DNA of 64,000 nt from Alphaproteobacteria bacterium (lineage in GTDB: Bacteria; Pseudomonadota; Alphaproteobacteria; Bin95). The DNA is taken from the NCBI GenBank assembly GCA_964291285.2, contig OZ219787.1, positions 1,568,001-1,632,000 of the forward strand, read 5' to 3'. Position 1 is the stretch's first letter, and each line of letters opens with the position of its first letter. The position numbers and the translations under genes were made by a program. Shown here one piece after another: positions 40,089 through 50,062 of the stretch. The notes beneath the pieces were generated by a model that saw only the letters and a list, made by a program, of their open reading frames with translations, ran no database searches and had not been told where the DNA came from.

Positions 40089-40948
40089 CGCGGCTGCCCC
40101 GTCCGGCCGAGCACCGCGCGCTGCGCCACCCCGATGGCGCCCACCATCAGTGCCGCGCAGATTGCGGCGCCGAAGAGCGCGGACCAGATGATCAGCACCT
40201 GGCCGTAATAGCTGCCGTTCAGCATCCGCGCCCCGAAGCCGCCCTGGCTGCCGGTGGGCAGCTCGCCGATAATCGCGCCCACGAGCGCAATGGCGATGGC
40301 GACCTTCAGCGACGCGAAGAGATAGGGCAGCGAGGAGGGCCAGCGCAGCTTCCAGAAGACCTGCCAGGCGGACGCATTGTAGGTGCGCATCAGGTCGAGC
40401 TGCATGTCGTCGGGCGCGCGCAGCCCCTTCACCATGCCGACCGCCACCGGGAAGAAACTCAGATAGGCCGAGATCGCGGCCTTCGCAACGATCCCCGAGA
40501 TTCCGACATTGTAGAGCACCACGATGATCATCGGCGCGACCGCCAGGATGGGCACCGTCTGGCTTGAGATGACCCAGGGCATGACTGAGAGGTCCATCGC
40601 CCGGTTGTGAACGATCCCGACCGCCAGCAGGATCCCGAGGCCCACGCCCATGACAAAGCCCAGCAGCGTCGCCGACAGCGTGATCCAGCCGTGATAGACG
40701 AGGCTGCGCTTTGACGTGATGCGTTTCTCGACCGTGGTCTCCCAGATCTCGACGGCGACCTGGTGAGGGGCAGGCAGCACCGGGCGGTCCTGGGACATGG
40801 TGGCGGGAACGATTTCCGCCCAGCCGATCTCGACACCCGCGCGGGTAGCCTGGTCGCGCTCCCATTTTGCGTTCAGGAAAACGGCGCCGGCATACCAGAC
40901 CGCCACGACGGCAAGGCAGATTGCCGCAATCGGAAGGATGCTCCGCAT
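40085..40948 (-). CDS. ABC transporter permease
   Basis: SQTVPILAVAP, LVGAIIGELP. Confidence 0.88.
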   Translation of the reverse strand: MRSILPIAAICLAVVAVWYAGAVFLNAKWERDQATRAGVEIGWAEIVPATMSQDRPVLPAPHQVAVEIWETTVEKRITSKRSLVYHGWITLSATLLGFVMGVGLGILLAVGIVHNRAMDLSVMPWVISSQTVPILAVAPMIIVVLYNVGISGIVAKAAISAYLSFFPVAVGMVKGLRAPDDMQLDLMRTYNASAWQVFWKLRWPSSLPYLFASLKVAIAIALVGAIIGELPTGSQGGFGARMLNGSYYGQVLIIWSALFGAAICAALMVGAIGVAQRAVLGRTGQPR

Positions 40949-40993
40949 CAGTCCCGCCGCGCCGCCGGCCGGAGTGCCGCGCCGGCAGCAGCC

Positions 40994-41779
40994 TCACTCG
41001 TCATAGCTGTGTCCTGCGCGCAGGCCTTCGCGCACCCGCCCGGCCAGTTCCAGGAAGGCCGCGCTCTCGCGGATGTCGAGCGGACGCTCGGCCGGCAACG
41101 GGCTCTCGATCACGTCGATGATCCGTCCGGGCCTCGGGCTCATCACCACGATCTTGGTCGAGAGGTAAACCGCTTCCGGGATCGAGTGGGTGACGAAGCA
41201 GACGGTCTTGCCCGTCCGCGCATGCAGCGCCAGCAACTGCTCGTTCAGGTGGTCGCGCACGATCTCGTCGAGCGCGCCGAAAGGCTCGTCCATCAGCAGC
41301 AGGTCCGCGTCGAATGAGAGCGCGCGCGCAATCGACGCCCTTTGCTGCATACCGCCCGAAAGCTGCCAGGGGAACATGCGGCCGAAGTCGCCGAGGCCGA
41401 CAAGGTCGAGAACGCGGCTCACCCGCTCCGCCCGTTCCTTCGCGGAGTAGCCCATGACCTCCAGCGGCAGGCGCACATTCTTCTCGATGGTGCGCCAGGG
41501 ATAGAGCCCCGCCGCCTGGAACACGTAGCCATAGGCGCGGTTGAGCCGCGCCTCCCTCGGCGTCATCCCGTTGACGGCGATCGTGCCGCCGGTCGGTTGC
41601 TCCAGATCCGCGATCACGCGCAGCAATGTCGTCTTCCCGCAGCCCGAGGGCCCGATGAAGCTGACGAACTCGCCCGGCGCCACCTCCAGATCGACGTTCG
41701 CCAGCGCATGCACCGGCCCGTCATTGGTCTGGAAGACCAGGTCGAGCGAGGACGCGACGATCGCTCCTGCGCGAGTCAT
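40994..41779 (-). CDS. ABC transporter ATP-binding protein
   Basis: GPSGCGKT, LSGGMQQR, LLLMDEPF. Confidence 0.92.
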   Translation of the reverse strand: MTRAGAIVASSLDLVFQTNDGPVHALANVDLEVAPGEFVSFIGPSGCGKTTLLRVIADLEQPTGGTIAVNGMTPREARLNRAYGYVFQAAGLYPWRTIEKNVRLPLEVMGYSAKERAERVSRVLDLVGLGDFGRMFPWQLSGGMQQRASIARALSFDADLLLMDEPFGALDEIVRDHLNEQLLALHARTGKTVCFVTHSIPEAVYLSTKIVVMSPRPGRIIDVIESPLPAERPLDIRESAAFLELAGRVREGLRAGHSYDE

Positions 41780-41840
41780 CGAAGACCGCCGCCCCGGCGC
41801 CGGCGAAGCGCCTGTCCGGGCGGTCTCGCGCCCGGCGGAC

Positions 41841-43301
41841 TCAAACCCCGCTCGGGATGTTCAGCGGGTCGCGCTGCACCTTGCGCGGTGCGGTCAACTC
41901 CTTCCAGCGGGCGAGCGCCTCATGCACGGCGGGGAACGCCCGGCGCCGCACGAAACGCCCACGGCCGGGCCGGGGCTGCGAGTTCTTGCCGTACTCCCAG
42001 ATCACCTCGCCGCGGCTCAGCGTGTAGCGCGCCTGGGCCGAGACCTCGATGCCCTCGAAGACGTTGTAGTCGATGATCGATTTCTGGGTGGTCGCGGAGA
42101 TCGTCTTCTTGATCTTCGGGTCCCAGACCACGACATCGGCGTCCGCCCCTTCCACCAGCGCGCCCTTCTTCGGATAGACATTGAGAATCTTGGCGATGTT
42201 GGTGGAGGTGACCGCCACGAACTCGTTGGGCGTCAGCCGCCCGGTATCGACGCCCTTGGTCCAGAGCACCGGCATCCGGTCCTCGAGCCCCCCGGTGCCG
42301 TTGGGAATCATCGGGAAGCCGGCCAACCCCATGCGCTTCTGGCCCGTGGTGAAGGCGGCGTGGTCGGTCGCCACCACCTGCAGGGACCCGGCCGCGAGCC
42401 CGTTCCAGAGCCCGTCCTGATGCACCTTGCCGCGGAAGGGCGGCGACATGACCCGCTGCGCGGCATAGTCCCAGTCCTGATCGAAATATTCCGACTCATC
42501 GAGCGTGAGATGCTGGATCAGCGGCTCGCCATAGACCCGCATGCCCTTCTGGCGCGCGCGCCGGATCGCCTCGTGCGCCTGCTCGCAGGACACATGCACG
42601 ATGTAGAGCGGCACGCCCGCCGCATCGGCGATCATGATGGCGCGGTTCGCAGCCTCGCCCTCGACCTCGGGCGGGCGCGAATAGGCGTGCCCCTCGGGCC
42701 CGGTGAGGCCCTCCTCCATGTATTTCTCCTGGAGCGCCGCCACCACGTCGCCGTTCTCGGCATGGACGAGCGGCATGGCGCCGAGCGCGGCGCAGCGGCG
42801 GAACGACGCGAACATCTCGTCGTCGTCGATCATCAGCGCGCCCTTGTAGGCCATGAAGTGCTTGAAAGTGTTGATGCCGCGCCTGACGACCTCGGCCATC
42901 TCGTTGTGGATCTGCTCGTTCCAGTCGACGATGGCGCAGTGATAGCCGATGTCGACGCAGATCTGGTCCTTCGACTTGGCGTCCCAGGAATCGACGGCGC
43001 TCAACAGCGAGCCGTCCTCGCCGGGCAGCACGAAATCGACCAGCATGGTGGTCCCGCCGGTCGCCGCCGCCCAGGTACCGGACTCAAAGGTCTCGGCGGC
43101 GGTCGTGCCCATGAAGGGCATTTCCAGATGCGTGTGCGGGTCGATCCCGCCGGGGATGACATAGGCCTCCGAGGCGTCGACGACCTCGTCGCCGCTCAGG
43201 TTCTCGCCGATGGCGGCGATCTTCTCGCCTTCGATCAGGACATCGGCCTTCCAGGTCCGGTCCGCAGTGAGGACGGTGCCGCCCTTGATGACTTTGCTCA
43301 T
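41841..43301 (-). CDS. hydA: Dihydropyrimidinase
   Basis: PGGIDPHTH, FKHFMAYK, HAENGD, TDH. Confidence 0.93.
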   Translation of the reverse strand: MSKVIKGGTVLTADRTWKADVLIEGEKIAAIGENLSGDEVVDASEAYVIPGGIDPHTHLEMPFMGTTAAETFESGTWAAATGGTTMLVDFVLPGEDGSLLSAVDSWDAKSKDQICVDIGYHCAIVDWNEQIHNEMAEVVRRGINTFKHFMAYKGALMIDDDEMFASFRRCAALGAMPLVHAENGDVVAALQEKYMEEGLTGPEGHAYSRPPEVEGEAANRAIMIADAAGVPLYIVHVSCEQAHEAIRRARQKGMRVYGEPLIQHLTLDESEYFDQDWDYAAQRVMSPPFRGKVHQDGLWNGLAAGSLQVVATDHAAFTTGQKRMGLAGFPMIPNGTGGLEDRMPVLWTKGVDTGRLTPNEFVAVTSTNIAKILNVYPKKGALVEGADADVVVWDPKIKKTISATTQKSIIDYNVFEGIEVSAQARYTLSRGEVIWEYGKNSQPRPGRGRFVRRRAFPAVHEALARWKELTAPRKVQRDPLNIPSGV

Positions 43302-43347
43302 TCGAGGCCTCCGCTACATCTCTTTCCCTGCACGGACCGGTCCGGCC

Positions 43348-44598
43348 TTACTCCAGAAGTTCCGCGGTCTCCACCACCGCATGGAAGAGCACGTCGCAGC
43401 CCCTGGCGGCCCATTCCGGCGAAATCTCCTCGGCTTCATTGTGGCTCAGCCCGTCCACGCAGGGGCACATCACCATCGCCGCCGGCGCGATCTTGTTGAT
43501 CCAGCAGGCGTCGTGGCCGGCGCCCGAGACGATGTCCATGTGGGAATAGCCGAGCCGCTCAGCCGCATCGCGCACGGCCGTAACGCAGCCCTGGTGGAAC
43601 TCGGGCGGGTCGAAGCTGCCGACGATCTCCATCTCGATCTCGCAGCCCAGCGCCTCGCAGATCGCGGGCGCCTTCTCCATGACCTCGGCCACCATGCCCT
43701 CAAGCGTTTCCAGCACATGGCTGCGGAAGTCGATGGTGCACACGACCCGGCCCGGGATGATGTTGCGCGAGTTCGGATAGACATCGACATGCCCGATGGC
43801 GCCGACCGCGTTGGGCTGGTGCTTCATCGCGACTTCGTGGACCAGCTCGGTTATCTGCGCGAGCCCGCGCCCGGCATTCCGGCGCATCCGCATGGGCGTG
43901 GAGCCGGTATGGCTTTCCTTGCCGGTTATCCGGCATTCGATCCAGCGGAGCCCCTGGCCGTGGGTGACGACGCCGATATCGCACTCCTCGGCCTCCAGGA
44001 TCGGCCCCTGCTCGATATGCAGTTCGAAATAGGCGTGCATCCTGCGCGCGCCGGTCTCTTCCTCGCCGCGCCAGCCGATGCGCTCGAGCTCGTCCCCGAA
44101 GCGCTTGCCTTCCGCGTCCGTCAGGCCGTAGGCCCAGTCCTGGGTGTGGACGCCGGCGAAGACGCCGGACGCCAGCATGGGCGGCGCGTAGCGCGTCCCT
44201 TCCTCATTGGTCCAGTTGATGACCACGATCGGGCGTCTGGTCCTGATTCCCAGCTCGTTGAGGGTCCGCACGATCTCGAGTCCGCCGAGCACGCCGAGCA
44301 CGCCGTCATACTTGCCGCCGGTCGGCTGCGTATCGAGATGGCTGCCCACGAAGACCGGCAGCGCGTCGGGGTCGGTTCCGGCCCGCGTCGCGAACATGTT
44401 GCCCATCTGGTCGAGGCCCATCTCACAGCCGGCCGCCTCGCACCATTGCTGGAACAGCGCGCGGCCCACGCCGTCCTCGTCGGTCAGCGTCTGGCGATTG
44501 TTGCCGCCGGCCACGCCGGGGCCGATCTTCGCCATGTCCATCAGGCTGTCCCAGAGCCGCTCGCCGTTGATCTTCAGGTTCTCGCCGGGGGCGGGCAT
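43348..44598 (-). CDS. Zn-dependent hydrolase (beta-ureidopropionase / N-carbamoylase)
   Basis: GSHLDTQPTGGKYDG, NEEG, ELHIEQGP, SGAGHDA. Confidence 0.92.
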   Translation of the reverse strand: MPAPGENLKINGERLWDSLMDMAKIGPGVAGGNNRQTLTDEDGVGRALFQQWCEAAGCEMGLDQMGNMFATRAGTDPDALPVFVGSHLDTQPTGGKYDGVLGVLGGLEIVRTLNELGIRTRRPIVVINWTNEEGTRYAPPMLASGVFAGVHTQDWAYGLTDAEGKRFGDELERIGWRGEEETGARRMHAYFELHIEQGPILEAEECDIGVVTHGQGLRWIECRITGKESHTGSTPMRMRRNAGRGLAQITELVHEVAMKHQPNAVGAIGHVDVYPNSRNIIPGRVVCTIDFRSHVLETLEGMVAEVMEKAPAICEALGCEIEMEIVGSFDPPEFHQGCVTAVRDAAERLGYSHMDIVSGAGHDACWINKIAPAAMVMCPCVDGLSHNEAEEISPEWAARGCDVLFHAVVETAELLE

Positions 44599-44701
44599 GG
44601 GCACCTCACTCTCTGGATCGCCGGGCGAACCGGACGCTATCAAGCTCCTTGGGCCGGTCAAGCGGAAAGTGGGGCCGGGCAAGGCCGGGTCCGCTGTTCG
44701 G

Positions 44702-45703
44702 CTACCGGAATGCGGGAATGATCGACCGGCCGTATTCGGCGATGATTCCCTCCTCGTCGCCATTGTCGAGATAGATGTTGAACTGGGTGACGCCCGCCGC
44801 CCGGAGCTCCTCCAGCTTGGCGACATGCTCCTCCGGCGTGCCGAGCACGCTGAACCCGTCGATCACGTCGTCGGTGATGAAGTCCAGATAGGCGTTGTCG
44901 CTCTGTCCGTGCTTGGAATAGTCGTAACCCCTGCGGCCCTCGATATAGGCCGTCAGCGAGGGCGGAATGTCTTCGCGGCCAGTACCGTACCGTTCGACGA
45001 TGTCCGCCACGTGATTGCCGACCATAGCCGGGAACCAGCGGGTGGCTTCCCGGCATGTTTCCCGGTCGCCGAAGAAGGCGGGCGCGGCGGACATGACGCG
45101 GTAATTCGACATGTCCCGCCCGGCTTCCCTGCCTGCGGCGATCGCCTGGTCGGCCAGCCACTTGCAGATCGAGGGTTCGGCGATCTGGAGGATCAGCCCG
45201 TCGCCCACGCGGCCGGCCGAGTTCAGCGCCCGGGGGCCGTAGGCGGCAACCCAGACGGGCAGTTCGTAGCCCGTCGCCCAGGGGAATTGCATCGGGTTCG
45301 GCACATTGCCGTACTGGACTTCCTCGCCGCGCACGAGCGCGCGCACGACCTGGATGAACTCCTCCATCCGGGCGAGCGAGGAGGGCCTGTTGCCCATCAC
45401 GCGCACGGCGCTGTCGCCGCTGCCGACGCCGATGTCGAAGCGGTTGTTCGACTGGAGCGCCAGCGAGCCGAAGAGCGAGGCCGCCGCGGACCAGTCCCGC
45501 GTATTGGGGTTGGTGACGCAGGGGCCGAACCGGAGCGTCTCGGTGTGCTCCATGCACATGGCCATCGCCGGGTAGCTCTCGCGCCAGAGGATATGGCTGT
45601 CGTAGAACCAGCAATAGCCGAAGCCCGCATCCTCGGCCTGTTTCACCAGCGCGCGCGCCCGATCGGGCTGCACGAACCCCTTGAAGGTAATGCCGAATTC
45701 CAT
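44702..45703 (-). CDS. LLM-class (TIGR03842-like, putatively F420-dependent) oxidoreductase
   Basis: FYDSHILWRE, GPCVTNP, GDSAVRV, VGNHVADIV. Confidence 0.8.
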   Translation of the reverse strand: MEFGITFKGFVQPDRARALVKQAEDAGFGYCWFYDSHILWRESYPAMAMCMEHTETLRFGPCVTNPNTRDWSAAASLFGSLALQSNNRFDIGVGSGDSAVRVMGNRPSSLARMEEFIQVVRALVRGEEVQYGNVPNPMQFPWATGYELPVWVAAYGPRALNSAGRVGDGLILQIAEPSICKWLADQAIAAGREAGRDMSNYRVMSAAPAFFGDRETCREATRWFPAMVGNHVADIVERYGTGREDIPPSLTAYIEGRRGYDYSKHGQSDNAYLDFITDDVIDGFSVLGTPEEHVAKLEELRAAGVTQFNIYLDNGDEEGIIAEYGRSIIPAFR

Positions 45704-45840
45704 GTCTGCCTCCCGGGTGGCTTGGTGTTCCGGCGCCTCGGACCGGCTGCCGCCGACCGGCTCGGCTGAAATGGTAGTGTATAGGCGGTTTGTCCGCCAA
45801 GCTGGCCTCCGGGCCATCCGCCGCGAACGGGAGGCCGTCG

Positions 45841-47124
45841 ATGGAGAAAGCCCTCAAGACAGACCCCTTCTGGTGGGAAGCCGTGCCGCGCCCCGATCCC
45901 GAGCCGGAGGCGCTGCCGGGGCGCGCCGACGCGGTGGTCGTGGGCGCCGGCTTCACGGGGCTCAGCGCCGCGCTCACGCTGGCGCGGGCCGGGCGCAAGG
46001 TCGTGGTGCTGGAGAAGGACAGGCCGGGGGAGGGCGCCTCCAGCCGCAATGGCGGCATCGCCAGCGGCAATCTCCGCCGCAGCTTCGGCGGCATGATCCG
46101 CGCCTGGGGGCTGGAGCGCGCGAAGGCCGTGGAGGCCGAAGGGCAGGCCGCCCGCGCCGACCTCGCGCGCTTCATCGCGGACGAGCACATCGACTGCGAC
46201 TGGAAGCTGACCGGGCGCTTCACCGGCGCGATGCGCCCGAAGCATTACGAGGCGCTGGCCGCGGAATGCGAGCTGCTGAACCGGCACCTCGACTACGGCG
46301 CCTGGATGGTGCCGAAGGCGGAGCAGCGTGCGGAAATCGGCTCGGACCTCTATCACGGCGGCATGGTGCGCGAGGACATCGGCGGGCTGCATCCGGGCAA
46401 GTTCCACCAGGGAATGCTCGACCGGGCGCTGGAGGCCGGCGTCTCCGTCCATGCGCGCACGGCGGTCGAAGCGATCGAGGACGACAGCAGCCTGAAGCGC
46501 GTCCGCACCGGCCGCGGCAGCATCGCCGCCCCGCATGTCATCGTGGCGACCAACGGCTATACCGGCCGTTCGATGCCCTGGCTCAGGCGGCGCATCGTGC
46601 CGATCCCGAGCCAGATCGTCGCCACCGACCCGATCCCCAAGGACACTCTCGACCGGCTGATGCCGAAGCGCCGGATGCTGGGCGAGACGCGCAACCTGTA
46701 CCACTATTTCCGCCCGGCGCCGGACGACAGCCGCATCGTCTTCGGCGGCAGGGCGGGCGCGCTCACCGACGACGAATCGCGCAAGGCGCAGCGATTGGGC
46801 GCCGGGCTCGCGCAGATCTTCCCGGAGCTGGCCGGCATCGGCATGACCCACTGCTGGTTCGGCTATACCGGCTTCACCTTCGACTTCATGCCGAAGCTGG
46901 TGGTGCGCAACGGCGTGCATTACGCCGCCGGCTTCTGCGGCTCGGGCGTGGTCTGGGCGCGCTGGCTCGGCATGAAGGCGGCGCAGAGCATTGTCGGCAA
47001 CCGCCCGCCGGAGACGGCCTTCGCCGCCGGCGACTTCGCCACCCGCCCGCTCTATTACGGCCGCCCCTGGTTCCTGCCCTTCATGGTCGGCTGGTACGAG
47101 TTCAAGGACCGGATGGGGCTATAG
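45841..47124 (+). CDS. FAD-dependent oxidoreductase (DAO/PuuB-like)
   Basis: VVGAGFTGLSAA, GASSRNGG, ATNGYT. Confidence 0.87.
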   Translation: MEKALKTDPFWWEAVPRPDPEPEALPGRADAVVVGAGFTGLSAALTLARAGRKVVVLEKDRPGEGASSRNGGIASGNLRRSFGGMIRAWGLERAKAVEAEGQAARADLARFIADEHIDCDWKLTGRFTGAMRPKHYEALAAECELLNRHLDYGAWMVPKAEQRAEIGSDLYHGGMVREDIGGLHPGKFHQGMLDRALEAGVSVHARTAVEAIEDDSSLKRVRTGRGSIAAPHVIVATNGYTGRSMPWLRRRIVPIPSQIVATDPIPKDTLDRLMPKRRMLGETRNLYHYFRPAPDDSRIVFGGRAGALTDDESRKAQRLGAGLAQIFPELAGIGMTHCWFGYTGFTFDFMPKLVVRNGVHYAAGFCGSGVVWARWLGMKAAQSIVGNRPPETAFAAGDFATRPLYYGRPWFLPFMVGWYEFKDRMGL

Positions 47125-47146
47125 CCGGCCCCGCCTTCCCGGGCGG

Positions 47147-47770
47147 TCAGACCTCCTGCGCCTTGAGGCCGCGCTGCACGGCGGGCCGCGCTGTCACGAT
47201 GTCGAACCAGCGCTTCACATTGGGGAAGCGGTCGAAGTCGAGGTCGATCCACTCGTAGCGGCAGGCCCAGGGATAGACGGCGATGTCGGCGATGGAATAG
47301 TCGTCGCAGAGGAAGTCGCGGCCCTCCAGCCGCCGGTCCATGACGCCGTAGAGCCGGTAGGTCTCCTGGGTGTAGCGCTCGATGCCGTAGGGCACCTCGA
47401 CCTTGGCGGCGCGGCGGAAATGGTGCGCCTGGCCCTGCATCGGCCCGACGCCGCCCATCTGCCACATCAGCCATTGCAGCACCTCGAGGCGCCGGCGCGG
47501 CTCCGTCGGCCAGAGCGGACTGCCGGTCTTCTCGGCGAGGTAGATCAGGATGGCGCCGCTCTCGAACAGCGAGACCGGCCCGCCGCCGGGCCCGTCGGGA
47601 TCGATGATCGCCGGGATGCGGTTGTTGGGGCTGATCTTCAGGAAGTCGGGGTGGAACTGCTCGTCCTTGCCGATATTGACCGGGTGCCACTGATATTCCA
47701 GCCCCAGCTCCTCCAGCATGATCGAAATCTTGCGCCCGTTGGACGTGTTCCAGCTATGGAGATGAATCAT
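47147..47770 (-). CDS. Glutathione S-transferase (YfcG-like)
   Basis: SPNNRIPAI, FESGAIL, WQMGGVGPMQGQ. Confidence 0.9.
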   Translation of the reverse strand: MIHLHSWNTSNGRKISIMLEELGLEYQWHPVNIGKDEQFHPDFLKISPNNRIPAIIDPDGPGGGPVSLFESGAILIYLAEKTGSPLWPTEPRRRLEVLQWLMWQMGGVGPMQGQAHHFRRAAKVEVPYGIERYTQETYRLYGVMDRRLEGRDFLCDDYSIADIAVYPWACRYEWIDLDFDRFPNVKRWFDIVTARPAVQRGLKAQEV

Positions 47771-47818
47771 TCGGGCCGGTCCCCCCGTTTTTCTGCATTA
47801 CTGGCTTGCCGGACGAAC

Positions 47819-48818
47819 TTAGCCGTTGGCGAGCAGGGCGTCGATGCGCTCCGGTGCGAGGCCCGTCGCGCGGACGGCGGCGGTAATCGCAGCCCAGGCG
47901 TCGCCGGAAAGGGGCAGGCCGTTGGCGCGGCGCTCGGCGGCGGTGATGCGCTCCGGGTCGCCCGGCACCAGCACCGGCGCGTCCGGGTCGGCGGGCCGGG
48001 CGGAGAGGAGCCATTCGACATAGTCCTCGACCGTGCGCGCAAAGGCCTCGCCCGGGCCGAAAGCGTCCGGCCGGGCGTAAAGCGAGAACATGCCGTTGGC
48101 GAAGGGCCTGTCCGTCGGCCCGCAGACGCCGTTGCCGGTGAGCGCGCCGCCCAGCAGCTCGCACATCAGCGCCAGGCCCGAGCCCTTGTGCTCGCCCATC
48201 GCGCGGATAGCGCCCCTGCCGTCGCGGAACTGCGGCGGCGCGTCCGGCCCGGCGGTGCCGTAGAGCGCGGCGGGGTCGTTCGTGCGCCGTCCCTCGCCGT
48301 CGATCAGCGCGTCGTCCGGCACCGGCTTGCCGCCCTTGGCCGCGACCAGCACCTTGCCTTCCGCGACCACGGAGGTGGCGAAATCGAGCACCAGCGGCTC
48401 GCGGCCCTCGCGCGGCACGGCCACGCAGAAGGGCGCGGTGGAGAAACGCCGCTCGCGCGCGCCGTAGGGCGCGACCAGCACGCTGCCGCGCGCATTGACG
48501 AAATGGACCGAGACCAGCCCTTCTTCGGCCGCCGTCGCGGCCCACTCGCCGATGCGGCCGAGGTGGCCGGTATTGCGCAGCGCCACCACGCCGACGCCGC
48601 CGGCGCGCGCCTTCTCGACGCCGCAGCGCACGGCCTGCGGGCCGATGGTCTGGCCGAAGCCGAGGCATCCGTCGAGCACCGCCATCGCGCCCGTGTCCGA
48701 CACGGTCTCCACCTCCCGGTCCGCCGCGACCCGCCCGTCGCGCAGCATGTCCAGATAGCGCGGCACGCGCACGATGCCGTGGCTGTCATGGCCGGCGAGG
48801 TTGGCCGACACCAGCGAG
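47819..48818 (-). pseudogene. Ldh_2-family (malate/lactate/ureidoglycolate) dehydrogenase, 3' part split by element copy 2
   Basis: ANLAGHDSHG, GHLGRIG, GEHKGSGL; joins in frame to 57015-57112 (364 aa). Confidence 0.9.
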
Positions 48819-48937
48819 CGCACCTGTGGGTGCTAACTATCTGACATAGCGTTGTTTTTTCTCCCGAAATGCAGCGGTCGGGGAAGCGGGTCGCAAGGGC
48901 CCGTTCCCCGGCTGCAACCGGAGCCGGGAGAAACGCA

Positions 48938-50062
48938 ATGGCGAAGACTACCCTCACCGAGGCGCGCGTGAAGGCGCTCAAGCCCCGCAGGTCCGTCCGC
49001 GAGGTCCGCGACGGCAGGCTCAGGGGGTTCGGCGTCCGTGTGTCGCCCTCGGGCCGCAAGCAGTTCTTCATCCACTGCCAGCATCGCGGCGCGCGTATCT
49101 GGAAGATTGTCGGCGACGCCGACAGCATGAGCATCGGCGAAGCGCGGGCCGCGGCTGCGGAGATGCTCGCCACCATCAGGCGCGGCGGGGAGGCGCCGCT
49201 CACGCCGGACGAGACGCTCTTCGAAGCCGTCGCCGGGATCGCGTTCCGCCGTCACGAGGGCGTCTGGAAGCCCGGAACGATGATCGTGAACCGAAGCTAT
49301 CTGCGCAACCGGCTTCTGCCGCATTTCGCCGGAAGGCCGATTGCGGAGATCGACCGGCAGGAGGTGCGGCACTGGTTCGCCCGCCTGCGCGCGGTGCCGG
49401 CGGCGGCGGACCGGTCGATGCCGGTGCTGTCCGTCATCATGAGGGAGGCGGAAGCCATGGGCCTGCGCCCGGAGGGCTCCAATCCCTGCCGGGGGATCAG
49501 GCGCTACCGCCGCAAGGGCCGCGAGCGGTTCCTCCCGGACGAGGAAATCCGCCGCCTGTCCGGGAGGCTCAAGGCGCATGAGGCCCGCTGGCCGCAGCAT
49601 GTCGCCGTCATCCGCCTGCTGCTGCTGACCGGCTGCCGCAAGGGCGAGATCCTCACCCTGCAATGGTCCGATTACCGCGAAGGCCGCCTGTTCCTGCGCG
49701 ATTCCAAGACGGGGCCCCGGACAGTCTGGCTGTCGGAGCCGGCCCGGGCGGTGCTTGATCGTCTCGAGCGGAAGGGGCGGTGGATATTCCCGGCATCGAG
49801 GGGCGACCGGCCCCGGAGCGGAAGCTGGCTGTTCCACTTCTGGAACCGGGTCCGCGCCGAGGCGGACCTGGAGGACGCCCGCCTTCACGACCTGCGCCAT
49901 ACGCATGCGAGCCTTGCCCTCAGGCAGGGCGAGACGGTGCTCGCCATCGGCCGGCTGCTGGGCCACCGCAGGCCGGAAACCACGCTGAAATATACCCATG
50001 TCGCCGACGCCATGGTGCAGGACGCAGCCGAGACGGTCGGCGCGGCGCTGGAGGCAGGCTGA
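48938..50062 (+). CDS. Tyrosine recombinase A, copy 2
   Basis: Near-identical to 11157-12281; catalytic residues intact. Confidence 0.93.
   Translation: MAKTTLTEARVKALKPRRSVREVRDGRLRGFGVRVSPSGRKQFFIHCQHRGARIWKIVGDADSMSIGEARAAAAEMLATIRRGGEAPLTPDETLFEAVAGIAFRRHEGVWKPGTMIVNRSYLRNRLLPHFAGRPIAEIDRQEVRHWFARLRAVPAAADRSMPVLSVIMREAEAMGLRPEGSNPCRGIRRYRRKGRERFLPDEEIRRLSGRLKAHEARWPQHVAVIRLLLLTGCRKGEILTLQWSDYREGRLFLRDSKTGPRTVWLSEPARAVLDRLERKGRWIFPASRGDRPRSGSWLFHFWNRVRAEADLEDARLHDLRHTHASLALRQGETVLAIGRLLGHRRPETTLKYTHVADAMVQDAAETVGAALEAG

Noticed and set aside
48819-48823. Element-derived GTG giving a functional restart of the Ldh_2 gene (ORF 47819-48823)
   Set aside because: No clear RBS, and the product would lack the first ~30 residues; treated as an artefact of the insertion
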